Program-made: the position numbers and the translations under genes
Assembly (NCBI GenBank): GCA_965206595.1
Contig: OZ242214.1
Coordinates: forward strand, 4,960,001 to 5,024,000
Direction of reading: 5' to 3'
DNA length: 64,000 nucleotides
Source: Candidatus Latescibacterota bacterium
Lineage (GTDB): Bacteria; Latescibacterota; UBA2968; UBA8231
In this document: positions 39,636-49,631 of the stretch, piece after piece
How the letters are laid out: each line of letters begins with the position of its first letter
How positions within the stretch are numbered: the stretch's first letter is position 1
Notes under the pieces: model-generated
Told to the model about the DNA's origin: nothing
Database searches by the model: none
What the model saw: only the letters and a program-made list of their open reading frames with translations

Positions 39636-41624
39636 TCACCGTGGTGGTTGCCTTCCCAGTACCTCCTCGGCGAGCTCACGCGCTTTCTCCTCGACCATGG
39701 CCTGGACCTCCATCTCTCTTTGCAGCCGTACGTAGATGTCGAACAGGCGGGAGGCCGCGCCGGGATTCCCGGCCCGCTCATGCAGGTTGGAGAGAAGCCG
39801 GTGCAGTTCGCGATCCTTCGGGATCAACTCCCGCAAGCGCTCGAACTGGCCGATCGCCTCATCGTAGCGTCTCTGTTTCGACAGCAGCATCGCCAAGGTA
39901 CGGTGAGCGGGCACCAGGTCCGGTTGCAGGGAAACGGCTGTGCGCAGATGCTCCTCTGCCTCACGGGTCGTTTCATTCCGCTCTAGGTAGATCGAGCCTT
40001 CGCGGGCCTCTTCCCGGAACAACAGCAGTTCCCCCAGTCGAGCGTGGAATTCAGCCCGGCCGGGGCGCCTTTCCAGGAGCAGCCGATACTGCTCGATCGC
40101 GGGATCGAGCCGCTGACCTGCTTCGTACATGTGGGCCAACCGGTACCTGAGAGCAATCGACTCCGGCCTGGCCTGAACGGCGGCGAGGTAGGCGTCGGCG
40201 GCCGCATCGATATCCCCCGCCATGAAGCAGGCGTGGCCAAGGCCGCCCAGCAGGGCAATCGATGAGTCACCCGCCGCCCGCGCTCTCTGGAAAACGTCGG
40301 CCGCCTCGTCGAACCGGTCCGCCGCGGCAAGGGTTTTCCCCATCTCGTAGAGCACTTCGGACGCGTGAGGATTCGCCTGCAGACAGGCGTCGTACAGCAG
40401 CAGGGCGCGATCGACCTCCCCGTCGCCCCTGGCCAGCCGGGCACTGGCCAGCAGGGCGCTCCGATGGTTCGGTTCCCGGGCAAGCGCCTGGTCGAAAGCC
40501 TCCCTGGCATGGGAGTACATCTTCTTTTCCGCATAGGCCACTCCGATCCAGTAGTCGTGCTGCCGCAGGCCGCTCAAATAAGGCGGAGCCGTGAAACCGG
40601 CGTTGGCCGCCAGAAGAAGGACCAGGAACAGGAGGGCCCGCGGACGCCGGCTGGCCGTATCGAACGCCCGCAGCAATGCGTTGGCGGCAAAGGGCAGCAG
40701 CAGCAGGGCGAGGGGCAGGCGATGCCGCGCATCGGGAACGGCCGCGGCCAGGACCAGCACGAGCAGTCCCATAAGAATGACGATGCCGGACACCCCGGAG
40801 AGACCGCGCTGCGAGCGCGCGCAACAGAGAAAACCGACGGCGCCGAGCGGCATGATCACCCCCATCGGGAAGGCGAGTCCCCGATGCCAGAGAAGCACCG
40901 GCAGGACGCCGGTCCGATCCCGGTACGGATCCAGGTCCGGGAGCAACTCGACGCCCTGCAACAGGTAGAAGATGTTGGCCAGGTACTGCAGCGGAGAACC
41001 GGGAACCTGGGGGCTCTGCCAAGCAACCGCTTCTGTAAGCCCAACGAGGGCAAGCGTCGCCGCAACAGCCGCGCGCCCGGCCCCTGAACCGGGCTTGGCC
41101 AGGATGTATGCAAGCAGCAGCAGCAGAAAGGCGACCCAGGCAGCGGGCGTCAGCTCGGTCCCGAAGTGGACGAGCGGCCCGTAGAGGGCGGCGCCGAGGC
41201 CGGCGGCCAGAGCGATAGGCGGCGTGAACAGGGCGTATCCGATCCCGTAGACAAGCAGGCATGCCGCGGTGCCGGCAGCGCAATTGGCAAGCTGGACCGG
41301 AGTATGGCCGCCACCGGTGGCGGCGAGGGAAAAAGCGTAAAAGCGGGCGTAGGGAGAAACTTCGATCAACCTTCCCGCCGGCCCCGAGGCGGCGGGAAGG
41401 TCGGCGTCAACCGGGGCTGTTCCCGCGGCGGCCGCGTATGAACGCGCCGCTCCGACCGGGTAATCGAACAGCGGATTCGAATTCGCCTGGTGCAGGTGCG
41501 CGACACGCACCGCCGCTGCCAGCGCCAGAACCAGGAGCAGGCCGTGGAGTGGCGAACCGGGGATTCGGGACAGCAAACCCCGGGTGGTCCGCGGCCCCGA
41601 CGAAACGGCTTCCTGCGAGCCCAC
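39636..41624 (-). CDS. Membrane protein with GT-C/ArnT-like N-terminal domain and C-terminal TPRs
   Basis: LALAAAVR, AALYGPLVHF, ARHRLP membrane motifs; TPR array in the C-terminal ~300 aa. Confidence 0.75.
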   Translation of the reverse strand: MGSQEAVSSGPRTTRGLLSRIPGSPLHGLLLVLALAAAVRVAHLHQANSNPLFDYPVGAARSYAAAAGTAPVDADLPAASGPAGRLIEVSPYARFYAFSLAATGGGHTPVQLANCAAGTAACLLVYGIGYALFTPPIALAAGLGAALYGPLVHFGTELTPAAWVAFLLLLLAYILAKPGSGAGRAAVAATLALVGLTEAVAWQSPQVPGSPLQYLANIFYLLQGVELLPDLDPYRDRTGVLPVLLWHRGLAFPMGVIMPLGAVGFLCCARSQRGLSGVSGIVILMGLLVLVLAAAVPDARHRLPLALLLLPFAANALLRAFDTASRRPRALLFLVLLLAANAGFTAPPYLSGLRQHDYWIGVAYAEKKMYSHAREAFDQALAREPNHRSALLASARLARGDGEVDRALLLYDACLQANPHASEVLYEMGKTLAAADRFDEAADVFQRARAAGDSSIALLGGLGHACFMAGDIDAAADAYLAAVQARPESIALRYRLAHMYEAGQRLDPAIEQYRLLLERRPGRAEFHARLGELLLFREEAREGSIYLERNETTREAEEHLRTAVSLQPDLVPAHRTLAMLLSKQRRYDEAIGQFERLRELIPKDRELHRLLSNLHERAGNPGAASRLFDIYVRLQREMEVQAMVEEKARELAEEVLGRQPPR

Positions 41625-41651
41625 GGTAAACTTCAGGCAGGCAGCGACCCC

Positions 41652-44345
41652 CTATTCGAGGCCGGCGTAGACGGTGATGAAGCTCTTGGCCAGCGTCGTA
41701 GCGTCGCGCCCCTTGCGGTCGAGGTAGTCGATCTTGATGCCTGCCTGGGTGGTGAGCTTGTATCCCAGGTAGTCCGAGATGTTGGTCAGTTGCAGCGCCG
41801 TGGCGGTGCCGTTCAGGTCCCCGTCCCCTTCGAAATCGTTGAGGAAAGTGTACTCGATACCGCCCTGAACGAAGGTGTGGGTCAGCAGCAAAGCCCCGGC
41901 GATGAGCCCGCCGACCTGCGCCAGCTCCACCCTTTTCTCCCGGTTTGATGTCGCCAGGCCGAGGGTTTGCCTCCGGTATTCGCTCTTCCACCTCGGCTCG
42001 AACCAGACCAGGCCGAGATCGAATCGATAGCTGGCCTTGTTGATCAGGCCGAAGAAGTAATCCTTTTCCCGCAGCCCCAGGAGGTTCAGTTCCACTTCGT
42101 CCTTGCGCTGATTGTAGTAATCCCACTTCAGGTAGTTGCCGGTCGACAATCCACCGATCCGGTAGTCGTGACCCGCCCAGAAACTGTTCGACCAGGTGTC
42201 GGGGGCCACCAGCGGATCGACGATGGAGGTCCCTTCTCCGGTTCGCAGGTTGGCGTTCGGCAGCCACTGCAGCAGGTCGTTGGGTATGTCGTCTTTTATG
42301 GACTTGAGCATGTCGAAGATCCTGATGCGCCCCCAGACGGGGATGTCGCGGTCCAGGGTGAACATCAGGTAGTCGACTTGGTTTTTCTGGTTGGAGGAGA
42401 TCAGGTCTTCACGCAGAACCCCTGCAGTCAAGCGCATATCGGGCGTCAGGTGCGTCCCCGCGTACAGGTTGAACCCTTCGTGATCCTTGCGGTACGGATA
42501 GTCCGGATCTTCGTCGTTTTCAAACCGGTCGACCCACAGGTTGTTGTTGAGATCGATGCCGAAAAGGAACTCCGGACGGTCGACGTTGTGCCGCAGGAAC
42601 GACTCCTCGTAGTCCGGTATCGAGTTGGTGATGACCTCGTTGTCGTTCTGGTTGAAGTCGGAAATGAAGTCGTTGTTTTCGTCCCATCCCGGAAACACCT
42701 CGCGGTCCCCCGAGAGCCAGTCCCTGCGCCGCGTATCGGGATAACGGTCCTGGTCGTCGTTGTCTTCGACCAGCTCCACCGCGTACAGCCGGGTGTCGTC
42801 ATAGTCGATGAAGCCATCCGTGGAGGTGGCGAACGTGCGAGTGTTGTAGCGGGGGTTCATGCTGTAAACCTCCCCGAAAGCGAACCAGGGGTAGTTGCTC
42901 CGCGAGGCGTTGATCATCCACGCCGGCGCCGAACGCGCCCCTTTGAAGCCCGAGGAGGTAGAGTGGTTCTCCCGCGCGATGTTGGGGTATTTGGTGAAGG
43001 AGTAGCTCATGTCGTACTCGGCGTAGATGTCGAAGCCCATCACGTCGGACAGCTCCAGAGTCCCTCCCAGAATCTGCGTCGCCGTCGGCAGTCCGTATTC
43101 GAAGCTGACCACGCGCAGGTTGGTGTTGTCCTGCACGTTGCCCTCGGCCTGGGTTACCGGCAACAGAACCGCGTCGCCCGACTGGCTCACCTGCTGGCTG
43201 GAGGTGATCCAGACCTGGTAGTCGTTTCCGAGAACAAGCCGGAATTCGACCTTTTCGATCTCCTCCTTTGGCGCGCTCGAACGGTTGACGAAATCGGGGT
43301 TGTTGAAGTCGTAGCGCAGGCGGATTTCCTCGGCGCCGTCCGCGGCGAGGTATCCCTCTTCGATGAACCCGCCCTCGACGATCGGCTCAAAGCGGATCTT
43401 CTGACCTTCGTCCCGGAGCTTCCTGCCCTCCGCGTCCCGCCCGGAGTAGGTGATGATGATGTCCGAGCCTGCGGGAAAATAAGCCGCCCCTCCCTTGCCG
43501 TCCTCGGGAGAGTCGTCGCGCAGAACGATCTCGATGAAGCTGACGGTTTTATTCTGAGCGATGGTCAGCTCCCCCGAGAAGGGGTCGCCGCTGAAACCGT
43601 CGAGCAGGGTGTTGGATTGGTGCGAGTTCAGGTAGGTGAAACCGACGGTGGCGAAATCGCCGACCTGCGCCTCCACGCGGCCGCCGAACAGGGAGGTGGC
43701 GTTCGTGGCCAGCCGCTCCAGGTCGGCCGTCGAGGGGCCGCCCGGGGAGCTGACGCGTGAATAGATGACCGTTCCCACGTACTTGTCGGAAGCCCAGTCG
43801 AACTGGACCCCGTCCCACTTGGGTTTTGAGAAGGTCATCGGCGTCAGCGTCGTCCGCAGCTCGTTGCTGATCGTCAGCGCGTACTGGTACTCCCCCTTGG
43901 CATCGGCCGAGATCACCGCCCTGCTGAACCACTGATCGAAGCGGGAAGCCTTGAGAACGGAGCTGCCGAACTGCTGGGGCTGGCTCTGCGAATTGTTGAA
44001 GATGAGCCAGCCGTGCGTTACGAAGTTCCCGTAGAGATCGTAGTAGTAGTCTCCTTCCAGGGCGATGTTGACGTAGCGGGCGAAATGCCTGCGGGCATAG
44101 TTCGAGTACTCCCACTGCCTCCAGGCGTATTCGGCGTAGAGCTCCTGGGGCACGTACCACTTCTTCATCGCTGGATCGAGCGCTCCGAACAGGACCCCTG
44201 GCCCGCGCGGATCGAAGGAGACTTCGCCCCCCCGGCGAACGTTTCCCAGCCGTATCCCGTATTCCTGGGCGGCGGCTGACGAAAATGTCGCTGCCAGCGC
44301 CACGGCGGCGAGGATGGTTGCTGCTGGTCGTCCAATTCTAGTCAC
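41652..44345 (-). CDS. Large (~900 aa) exported protein, probable outer-membrane beta-barrel with acidic Ca-binding insert; paralog of 4421..7450
   Basis: GGAGG RBS, GTG 44345, signal peptide ending AAA-QE; DDSPEDG, GNDY, AEGNVQD, EDNDDQD, VFPGWDENND, TNISDYLGY. Confidence 0.8.
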   Translation of the reverse strand: MTRIGRPAATILAAVALAATFSSAAAQEYGIRLGNVRRGGEVSFDPRGPGVLFGALDPAMKKWYVPQELYAEYAWRQWEYSNYARRHFARYVNIALEGDYYYDLYGNFVTHGWLIFNNSQSQPQQFGSSVLKASRFDQWFSRAVISADAKGEYQYALTISNELRTTLTPMTFSKPKWDGVQFDWASDKYVGTVIYSRVSSPGGPSTADLERLATNATSLFGGRVEAQVGDFATVGFTYLNSHQSNTLLDGFSGDPFSGELTIAQNKTVSFIEIVLRDDSPEDGKGGAAYFPAGSDIIITYSGRDAEGRKLRDEGQKIRFEPIVEGGFIEEGYLAADGAEEIRLRYDFNNPDFVNRSSAPKEEIEKVEFRLVLGNDYQVWITSSQQVSQSGDAVLLPVTQAEGNVQDNTNLRVVSFEYGLPTATQILGGTLELSDVMGFDIYAEYDMSYSFTKYPNIARENHSTSSGFKGARSAPAWMINASRSNYPWFAFGEVYSMNPRYNTRTFATSTDGFIDYDDTRLYAVELVEDNDDQDRYPDTRRRDWLSGDREVFPGWDENNDFISDFNQNDNEVITNSIPDYEESFLRHNVDRPEFLFGIDLNNNLWVDRFENDEDPDYPYRKDHEGFNLYAGTHLTPDMRLTAGVLREDLISSNQKNQVDYLMFTLDRDIPVWGRIRIFDMLKSIKDDIPNDLLQWLPNANLRTGEGTSIVDPLVAPDTWSNSFWAGHDYRIGGLSTGNYLKWDYYNQRKDEVELNLLGLREKDYFFGLINKASYRFDLGLVWFEPRWKSEYRRQTLGLATSNREKRVELAQVGGLIAGALLLTHTFVQGGIEYTFLNDFEGDGDLNGTATALQLTNISDYLGYKLTTQAGIKIDYLDRKGRDATTLAKSFITVYAGLE

Positions 44346-44371
44346 GACACCCTCCCAGATGTTGAGATCTC

Positions 44372-47300
44372 TCAGTAGGCAACCGAAATGAGGCGGGCTA
44401 CCGCGGCCTCCTCCTGCTCTTCTGAATCGACGTCGAGTTCGATGCGGCAAATGTACATGCCCGGGGGTACGGACTGCCCGGCATTGTCCACCCCGGTCCA
44501 TTGAACCGTGTGCGCTCCCCCCGATACCGCCTGCTTCTGGCTCCAGACGCGCCGTCCGTCGAGAGAGTGGATGCTTACCCCGAGCTCTCTGGTAGTGGTA
44601 ATCTTGAAGACCGAAAGGCCGATCCGGGCTGCGTCGTTGATGCCGTCGCCATTCGGGGTAAACGGATTGGGGCTTATCGAAACGTCGGAGAGCGCCGCCA
44701 GCCTGATGGGCACTCCGATCGACAAGGTGTTGCCGTCCAACGCCGGGGTTGCGTCGCCGGCCTCGATCGTCTGCCACGGGGCGTCCGGATCGGTGCCGCC
44801 ACCGCTGTTGCGGGCGGCAAGCACCAGGGTCGTGCCGTTGCGGTACACCGGGGCCGCGAAAGTAACCCTCATGAGATTGCCCGCGGCGACGACCGATCCC
44901 CGCTCGGTCCGGCTCAGGCTGCGGTACGCCGCCGGAGTCAGGGTGTCGCCCCCGGCCGAGAAGGGGAACTGCGAGCCGTCTCCCTGCAGAATCCGGAAGT
45001 AGCGAACCGGGCCCTGCTCGGAGGGGTCCAGTTCCACGTAGTCGAGGTGATCGACTTCCGTCAACGCGCCATCGGCTTCCATCCGGAAGTACTGCACGGC
45101 ACCTTGCTCTTCGCCGCTCAGCAGGCCATAGGCCGCGGCCGACAACAGGACGCCGTTCTGATCGACCGGCACCTGGTCCCCTTCCGAAGCGATGCGATGG
45201 TAAACCCGTTCGGCATCGTCGCGGCTCGTCTGCAACTCGGGCAACCGCACCCAGATCGAATCGGCGCCGTTGCTCAGCACGTCGAGCTCGGCTCCTGCCT
45301 GATCGGCAAAGGTTCCGCCGGCCGGCCTGAAAGCCTGTTCGGCCGTCCCGTTGGCCGGATCCGCGCCGAGCGCAAGCTCGAGTAGCTCGACACCACCGCC
45401 ACCCAGTTCGAGCAGGATCTCGTCGAACCCCAGACTCCGGGACAGGACCGGGTCCTCGATGAAATTGGGCCGTATGTACACCTCGAAGGTGTCGACCGCT
45501 CCCGGATCGGGAACCTCACTGGGCCAGATTTCCGCAAGGATGCGCTCCCCGACGGGAGCTACCAGCTCTATTTCCAGGGAGCGAATGCTGGCGGCCGCCT
45601 CGCGTTCGTCCGTGATCAGCTTGACCTGGGCCTGGATGTATTTGCGCAAACCTGGAGAGGTCACGCGGTCGCCCGACCCCTGGTAGACGTTGCTCCATGG
45701 ACTCCAGCCGGAAGTCGGCACGAAACTGGTATCCGGGGGAGGCGGCCGGCGCAGACTATTCCAGGCCGTCAGGCTGATCTCCTTGCCGGCGTCGTCGAAG
45801 TAGCGGACCACCTTTCCGAGGAGGTCGCCGCTGCGGGTCCGCACCTTGATGGCGGTGCCCGGGGGGGTGTCCGCATCCCAGAAGATGCGGCCGAGGTTGC
45901 GGGTTCCCGGCAGTGCGAACAGATCCGACTCCAGGGCGACCTCCGCCGGGTAAGCCCGGGTGTAGAGCTGATACTCGACGATGCCCGCGCCTTCGCTGGA
46001 GGTCCGGAAGGCATCCCTTTCACTGACGATGCGCGTCTCCAGAAAGCGAATTCTGGGCGCTTCCGGGTACTCGTCCTTGAGCTGCAGGTATTGCGGAGTC
46101 TGGTTGTTCTCTCGCTCCGGTAAGCTCAGGCGGGCCCACTTCAGCCGCCCGCGCGCGTCCCTGGTGCCGTCCGAGCCGCGGTGGATGTAGCCGTCGAAGA
46201 CCGTGGTGTAGTGGAGAATCCAGACGGCCGAGATGCGCAGCTGATCGAGCCAGAAGGTCGCCCCGAGGTCGGCGACCATGAGACCGCGCCCTGCCAGTGT
46301 GGGGGTCGGCAACTGCTGCGAGAAATAGGTGTTGAAATCCCCGTCGAAGGCGTCGATGGGGGAGCTGACTCCTTCGCCGATGACGTCGAAGTTGCCGCCG
46401 CCCTGCTTTATTCCCGGACCGATGTTGTCCCCCAGGCCCCAGACTTCCACCTCCGCCAGGCGCGGCCGCTCACGCCGGTAGTACTCCCTGCGGCCCTGCC
46501 GCTGGCTGGGCAGTTGTTCGTACTCCTCCCGGCTCACGGGTTCCTCGAACCCCCCCTGATCCCTGACGAAATGGACAATGTCGCCGCGGTCGGCCGGACC
46601 GAGGGCCTGCCATTCGGTCTCGGATGCGAGCCTGGTATGTCGGGAGCCCTTGGTGTCGAAGACGACGATGCGGATGGTCTCGACCATGCGGCCGTCCCAG
46701 CCGGGAGCGGCGTCCTGCGTGTCCTCCATTCCGAAGCTGAAGCTCCGCTGATCTTCGTTGGGGGCGTCGGTGCCGCCAACGACCGCAAGTTCAAGCTCGC
46801 CTGCTTCCTCGAGTATCAGCTCCTGGCCCGGCTCGCTGAGCACCTTGAACTGGCGAAACGGATCTCCGTTCCCGGCATCGACGAACTTCAGCGCGATCTC
46901 GTCCACGAGAACGGTTCGCCCCAGGTCGATCTCGATCCACCAGTTCTCGATGGGATCGTCGGCGTCCGGTTCCCAGAAGGTATCGGGGTCGCCGTCGAAC
47001 AATGCCTCCTGCTCGACGCTGCCGGAGCCGATACGGCTGACCCCCTGGCGGACGAAGTACTCGTAGATGGGAAAGGGATGCTTGTCCTTGGTCGCGAAAT
47101 TCAACCTCGAGGTGCCGCCCGTTTCGGCATTCTTCAAGGTGAGGGCACCTTCCTTGGCCGAGGTCATGGTCGTGTCTCCGACGACGAAGAGCACCCCGTC
47201 GATTACGAGATGGGATTCATTGCCCGGATACTTGAGGAAGTTGGTATCGAGATACTTCTCCATGTTCAGGTCGCTGCGCAGCTTCATTTCGCCGTTGGCG

Positions 47301-47671
47301 TCCAGGGAAAACGTCCGCTGCACGTTGGGAACCGCCGTAAAGGCCCCGACCCCCCCATGGACCCTGAACTTGTCGTCGACGGGCCAGGACAGCTCGTCTA
47401 TGGATCTCCGGTAGGTGCGGAAATCCTCCAGCACGTTGAAGCGCATGCGGAAATAGTGCGGCACGACCGCGTCTCCGACGATGTCGACGGCGTGCGTGGG
47501 AATGGACCAGTGTTCCCAGTGCGAGGCGCTGTTCACGCTGATGCGTTCATTGCTGACCTCCGCTCCCCTGGTCACCACCTGACCCGAGGCGTACTGCACG
47601 CCTGCGAGCACTGCCAGGCTGCAGAGACCCGCGAGGATGGTGCGGGGATGCATTGCGTCATGCCGTTTCAT
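44372..47671 (-). CDS. Secreted 1099-aa protein with two discoidin-like modules and type-B-CTD/FlgD-like tail (paralog family member 2)
   Basis: LFDGDPDTFW...WIEIDLG, AFDGDFNT...ADLG, VRTRSG, GWSPWS, AEIWP, PNPFTPNGDGIND...PPGMY...terminal Y. Confidence 0.85.
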   Translation of the reverse strand: MKRHDAMHPRTILAGLCSLAVLAGVQYASGQVVTRGAEVSNERISVNSASHWEHWSIPTHAVDIVGDAVVPHYFRMRFNVLEDFRTYRRSIDELSWPVDDKFRVHGGVGAFTAVPNVQRTFSLDANGEMKLRSDLNMEKYLDTNFLKYPGNESHLVIDGVLFVVGDTTMTSAKEGALTLKNAETGGTSRLNFATKDKHPFPIYEYFVRQGVSRIGSGSVEQEALFDGDPDTFWEPDADDPIENWWIEIDLGRTVLVDEIALKFVDAGNGDPFRQFKVLSEPGQELILEEAGELELAVVGGTDAPNEDQRSFSFGMEDTQDAAPGWDGRMVETIRIVVFDTKGSRHTRLASETEWQALGPADRGDIVHFVRDQGGFEEPVSREEYEQLPSQRQGRREYYRRERPRLAEVEVWGLGDNIGPGIKQGGGNFDVIGEGVSSPIDAFDGDFNTYFSQQLPTPTLAGRGLMVADLGATFWLDQLRISAVWILHYTTVFDGYIHRGSDGTRDARGRLKWARLSLPERENNQTPQYLQLKDEYPEAPRIRFLETRIVSERDAFRTSSEGAGIVEYQLYTRAYPAEVALESDLFALPGTRNLGRIFWDADTPPGTAIKVRTRSGDLLGKVVRYFDDAGKEISLTAWNSLRRPPPPDTSFVPTSGWSPWSNVYQGSGDRVTSPGLRKYIQAQVKLITDEREAAASIRSLEIELVAPVGERILAEIWPSEVPDPGAVDTFEVYIRPNFIEDPVLSRSLGFDEILLELGGGGVELLELALGADPANGTAEQAFRPAGGTFADQAGAELDVLSNGADSIWVRLPELQTSRDDAERVYHRIASEGDQVPVDQNGVLLSAAAYGLLSGEEQGAVQYFRMEADGALTEVDHLDYVELDPSEQGPVRYFRILQGDGSQFPFSAGGDTLTPAAYRSLSRTERGSVVAAGNLMRVTFAAPVYRNGTTLVLAARNSGGGTDPDAPWQTIEAGDATPALDGNTLSIGVPIRLAALSDVSISPNPFTPNGDGINDAARIGLSVFKITTTRELGVSIHSLDGRRVWSQKQAVSGGAHTVQWTGVDNAGQSVPPGMYICRIELDVDSEEQEEAAVARLISVAY

Positions 47672-47692
47672 GAGTATCCCTCAACTGGTGCC

Positions 47693-49378
47693 TCAACCCG
47701 CCATGAGGCTGTCGGGAAGGGCATCCCTGAGATTCCGTTCGTGGACGACGACCTCGGCATTGTATTTTTCGCGCAGTTTGTCGAGGAGCTTGACGAGCTC
47801 CTTGGCCTCACGCTCCCGCATCAGCAGCTGGCGGGCTTTGTTCCGCGCCCGCACGAACGGCATAACCCGTTGCGGTTCCCGCTCGGTAACACGGAACATG
47901 GAGTAGCCTTCCTCCACCTGCACCGGTCCCGTCCACTCCCCTTCGGACGCCTTGTCCACGGCCGCCATGAGGAGGGGGTAAACCAGCGCGTCCCGGGGAT
48001 GGAAGTGATACCTGCCTTCGTTTTCCACGGCGTTGGATCTCATGCTGCGGGAAACCAGGTTTGAAAAAGGCTCCCCGTCCAGCAGTCGTTGCCTGCTCTC
48101 GGAGGCCTCCGCAATAGTTGGCAACAGGAGCTCTTCGACCGCGGTGGAGGGCTCGATGCGGAACATCCCGGGGTGGGCATCATAGTAGGCGAGAATGTCG
48201 GCCTCGGGTAGCTCAATCCCGGCCATGTGGAGGGCCCGGAGGCGATCCGCGAGAACGTTGATGCGGACGCGTTCCCGGTACTCGGCGATGTCCGCCCTGT
48301 CGTAGTAACCGCCCTTGCGGGCCGCACGGCGAATCAGGTAGGGGCGCAGAACTGCGCCGTTGAACGTCGCCGCGGCGTCGGCACTGTCTGCGAAGACACG
48401 GCGAAGATTGAGGGCGCGCAGCGCTTCGTTCGCCTGGGCAACGCTGATTTTCCCTTCGTCATGCAGGTACAAAGCAGTCGTGCTGGCAGGCAGACCTTCG
48501 GTCTGACGAAGGCGGTAGGCCCCGATCAGCTCCCCGAGACCGGCTGAGTTCAGACGGACCCCGAAGGATTCCTGCAGGCGTTCCAAGTGTTGCCGTTCGG
48601 TCCGCATGCGGCGCTCCTTTTGCAGGAAAGTCTCTATAAAAACCCGGTGCTTGGCGAAGGGAACGCTGCGCTCGTCGGTGAAGCGGAAGACCTGCCAGGC
48701 ACCCTTTCCGGCGGGGATCGGTGGCGATACCTGCTCCGCGGGAAGGCTGCGGAACAGGTCGGGAGGGATGTGAAGCCTGGCGATCGTCCTGGGACCGACG
48801 TAGCCCAGCTCGCCCCCCTGCGCTGCCGAACGCGAGTCGAGTGAGTGCTGACCCGCCACCTCCTCGAAGGAGCGACCCCCTGCCAGCGCGGCCAGGACGC
48901 TGGCAATGGCGGCCCGACCGGAAACCAGGACAGCGCTGCACAGCCGTTCGCGGCCGAAGCCCTCCTGCTCGAAGTACGCTTTCGCCTCCGCCTCGGTGAC
49001 CGCGGCTCCGGGGGGTATCTCCAGCCTGAGGTATAATTGGCGGGCTTCTTTGTCGACCGCTTCGCGAATCTTCGCCTGCACGTCCTCATTTGATTCCAGG
49101 TCCTGATTTTCTGCTTCCAGCAGCATCAGGCGCCCGTCCACCATCACCTGCAGGTAGTGCAGTCGCGCCTCGTCACCGGTGGCATCGGTCCGCTGCCCCG
49201 GCAGCAGGTCCGCCACCAGGCTTCGCAGCGCACCGGCCTCGATGCGGTATCTCCCGACCTCTGCGACGACGTCGTTGTCCGGGTGCCCGCAGGACACCAC
49301 CAGCAACCAGAGACAAAACGGGATTCCGTTCAGTAATTTGCGAAAAAAGAGGCTGAGGTCCCGCAAGGGCGCTGTCAT
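47693..49378 (-). CDS. Parvulin (PpiC)-type peptidyl-prolyl isomerase lipoprotein, SurA/PrsA-like, two PPIase domains
   Basis: Lipobox LVVSC; VVAEVG; SFEEVAGQHSLD.RSAAQGGELG; second degenerate domain (GEPFSNL...TGPVQVEEGYSMFRV). Start uncertain. Confidence 0.82.
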   Translation of the reverse strand: MTAPLRDLSLFFRKLLNGIPFCLWLLVVSCGHPDNDVVAEVGRYRIEAGALRSLVADLLPGQRTDATGDEARLHYLQVMVDGRLMLLEAENQDLESNEDVQAKIREAVDKEARQLYLRLEIPPGAAVTEAEAKAYFEQEGFGRERLCSAVLVSGRAAIASVLAALAGGRSFEEVAGQHSLDSRSAAQGGELGYVGPRTIARLHIPPDLFRSLPAEQVSPPIPAGKGAWQVFRFTDERSVPFAKHRVFIETFLQKERRMRTERQHLERLQESFGVRLNSAGLGELIGAYRLRQTEGLPASTTALYLHDEGKISVAQANEALRALNLRRVFADSADAAATFNGAVLRPYLIRRAARKGGYYDRADIAEYRERVRINVLADRLRALHMAGIELPEADILAYYDAHPGMFRIEPSTAVEELLLPTIAEASESRQRLLDGEPFSNLVSRSMRSNAVENEGRYHFHPRDALVYPLLMAAVDKASEGEWTGPVQVEEGYSMFRVTEREPQRVMPFVRARNKARQLLMREREAKELVKLLDKLREKYNAEVVVHERNLRDALPDSLMAG

Positions 49379-49631
49379 GTCATTGCTTTCGGCTTCCACG
49401 GCCCTGAAGATATCCATACCCAACCGCATGCTCAATGATCTCGCCAATTGCCGGGAAGTTTGAGCCCGGACCATCCACAGGCTCAAACCGGACGCGGTTG
49501 TCAACTAGAAAAACGGGATTGTTCCCTACGGAATATTGAGTTTCATTTCTATTTTTATGGAACTCGACCTGTCCCCTCTATCGGGAAGGCAGAAGACCCG
49601 TCGCCGGGCAGGAGCCCGAGGAGGGCCGAAA

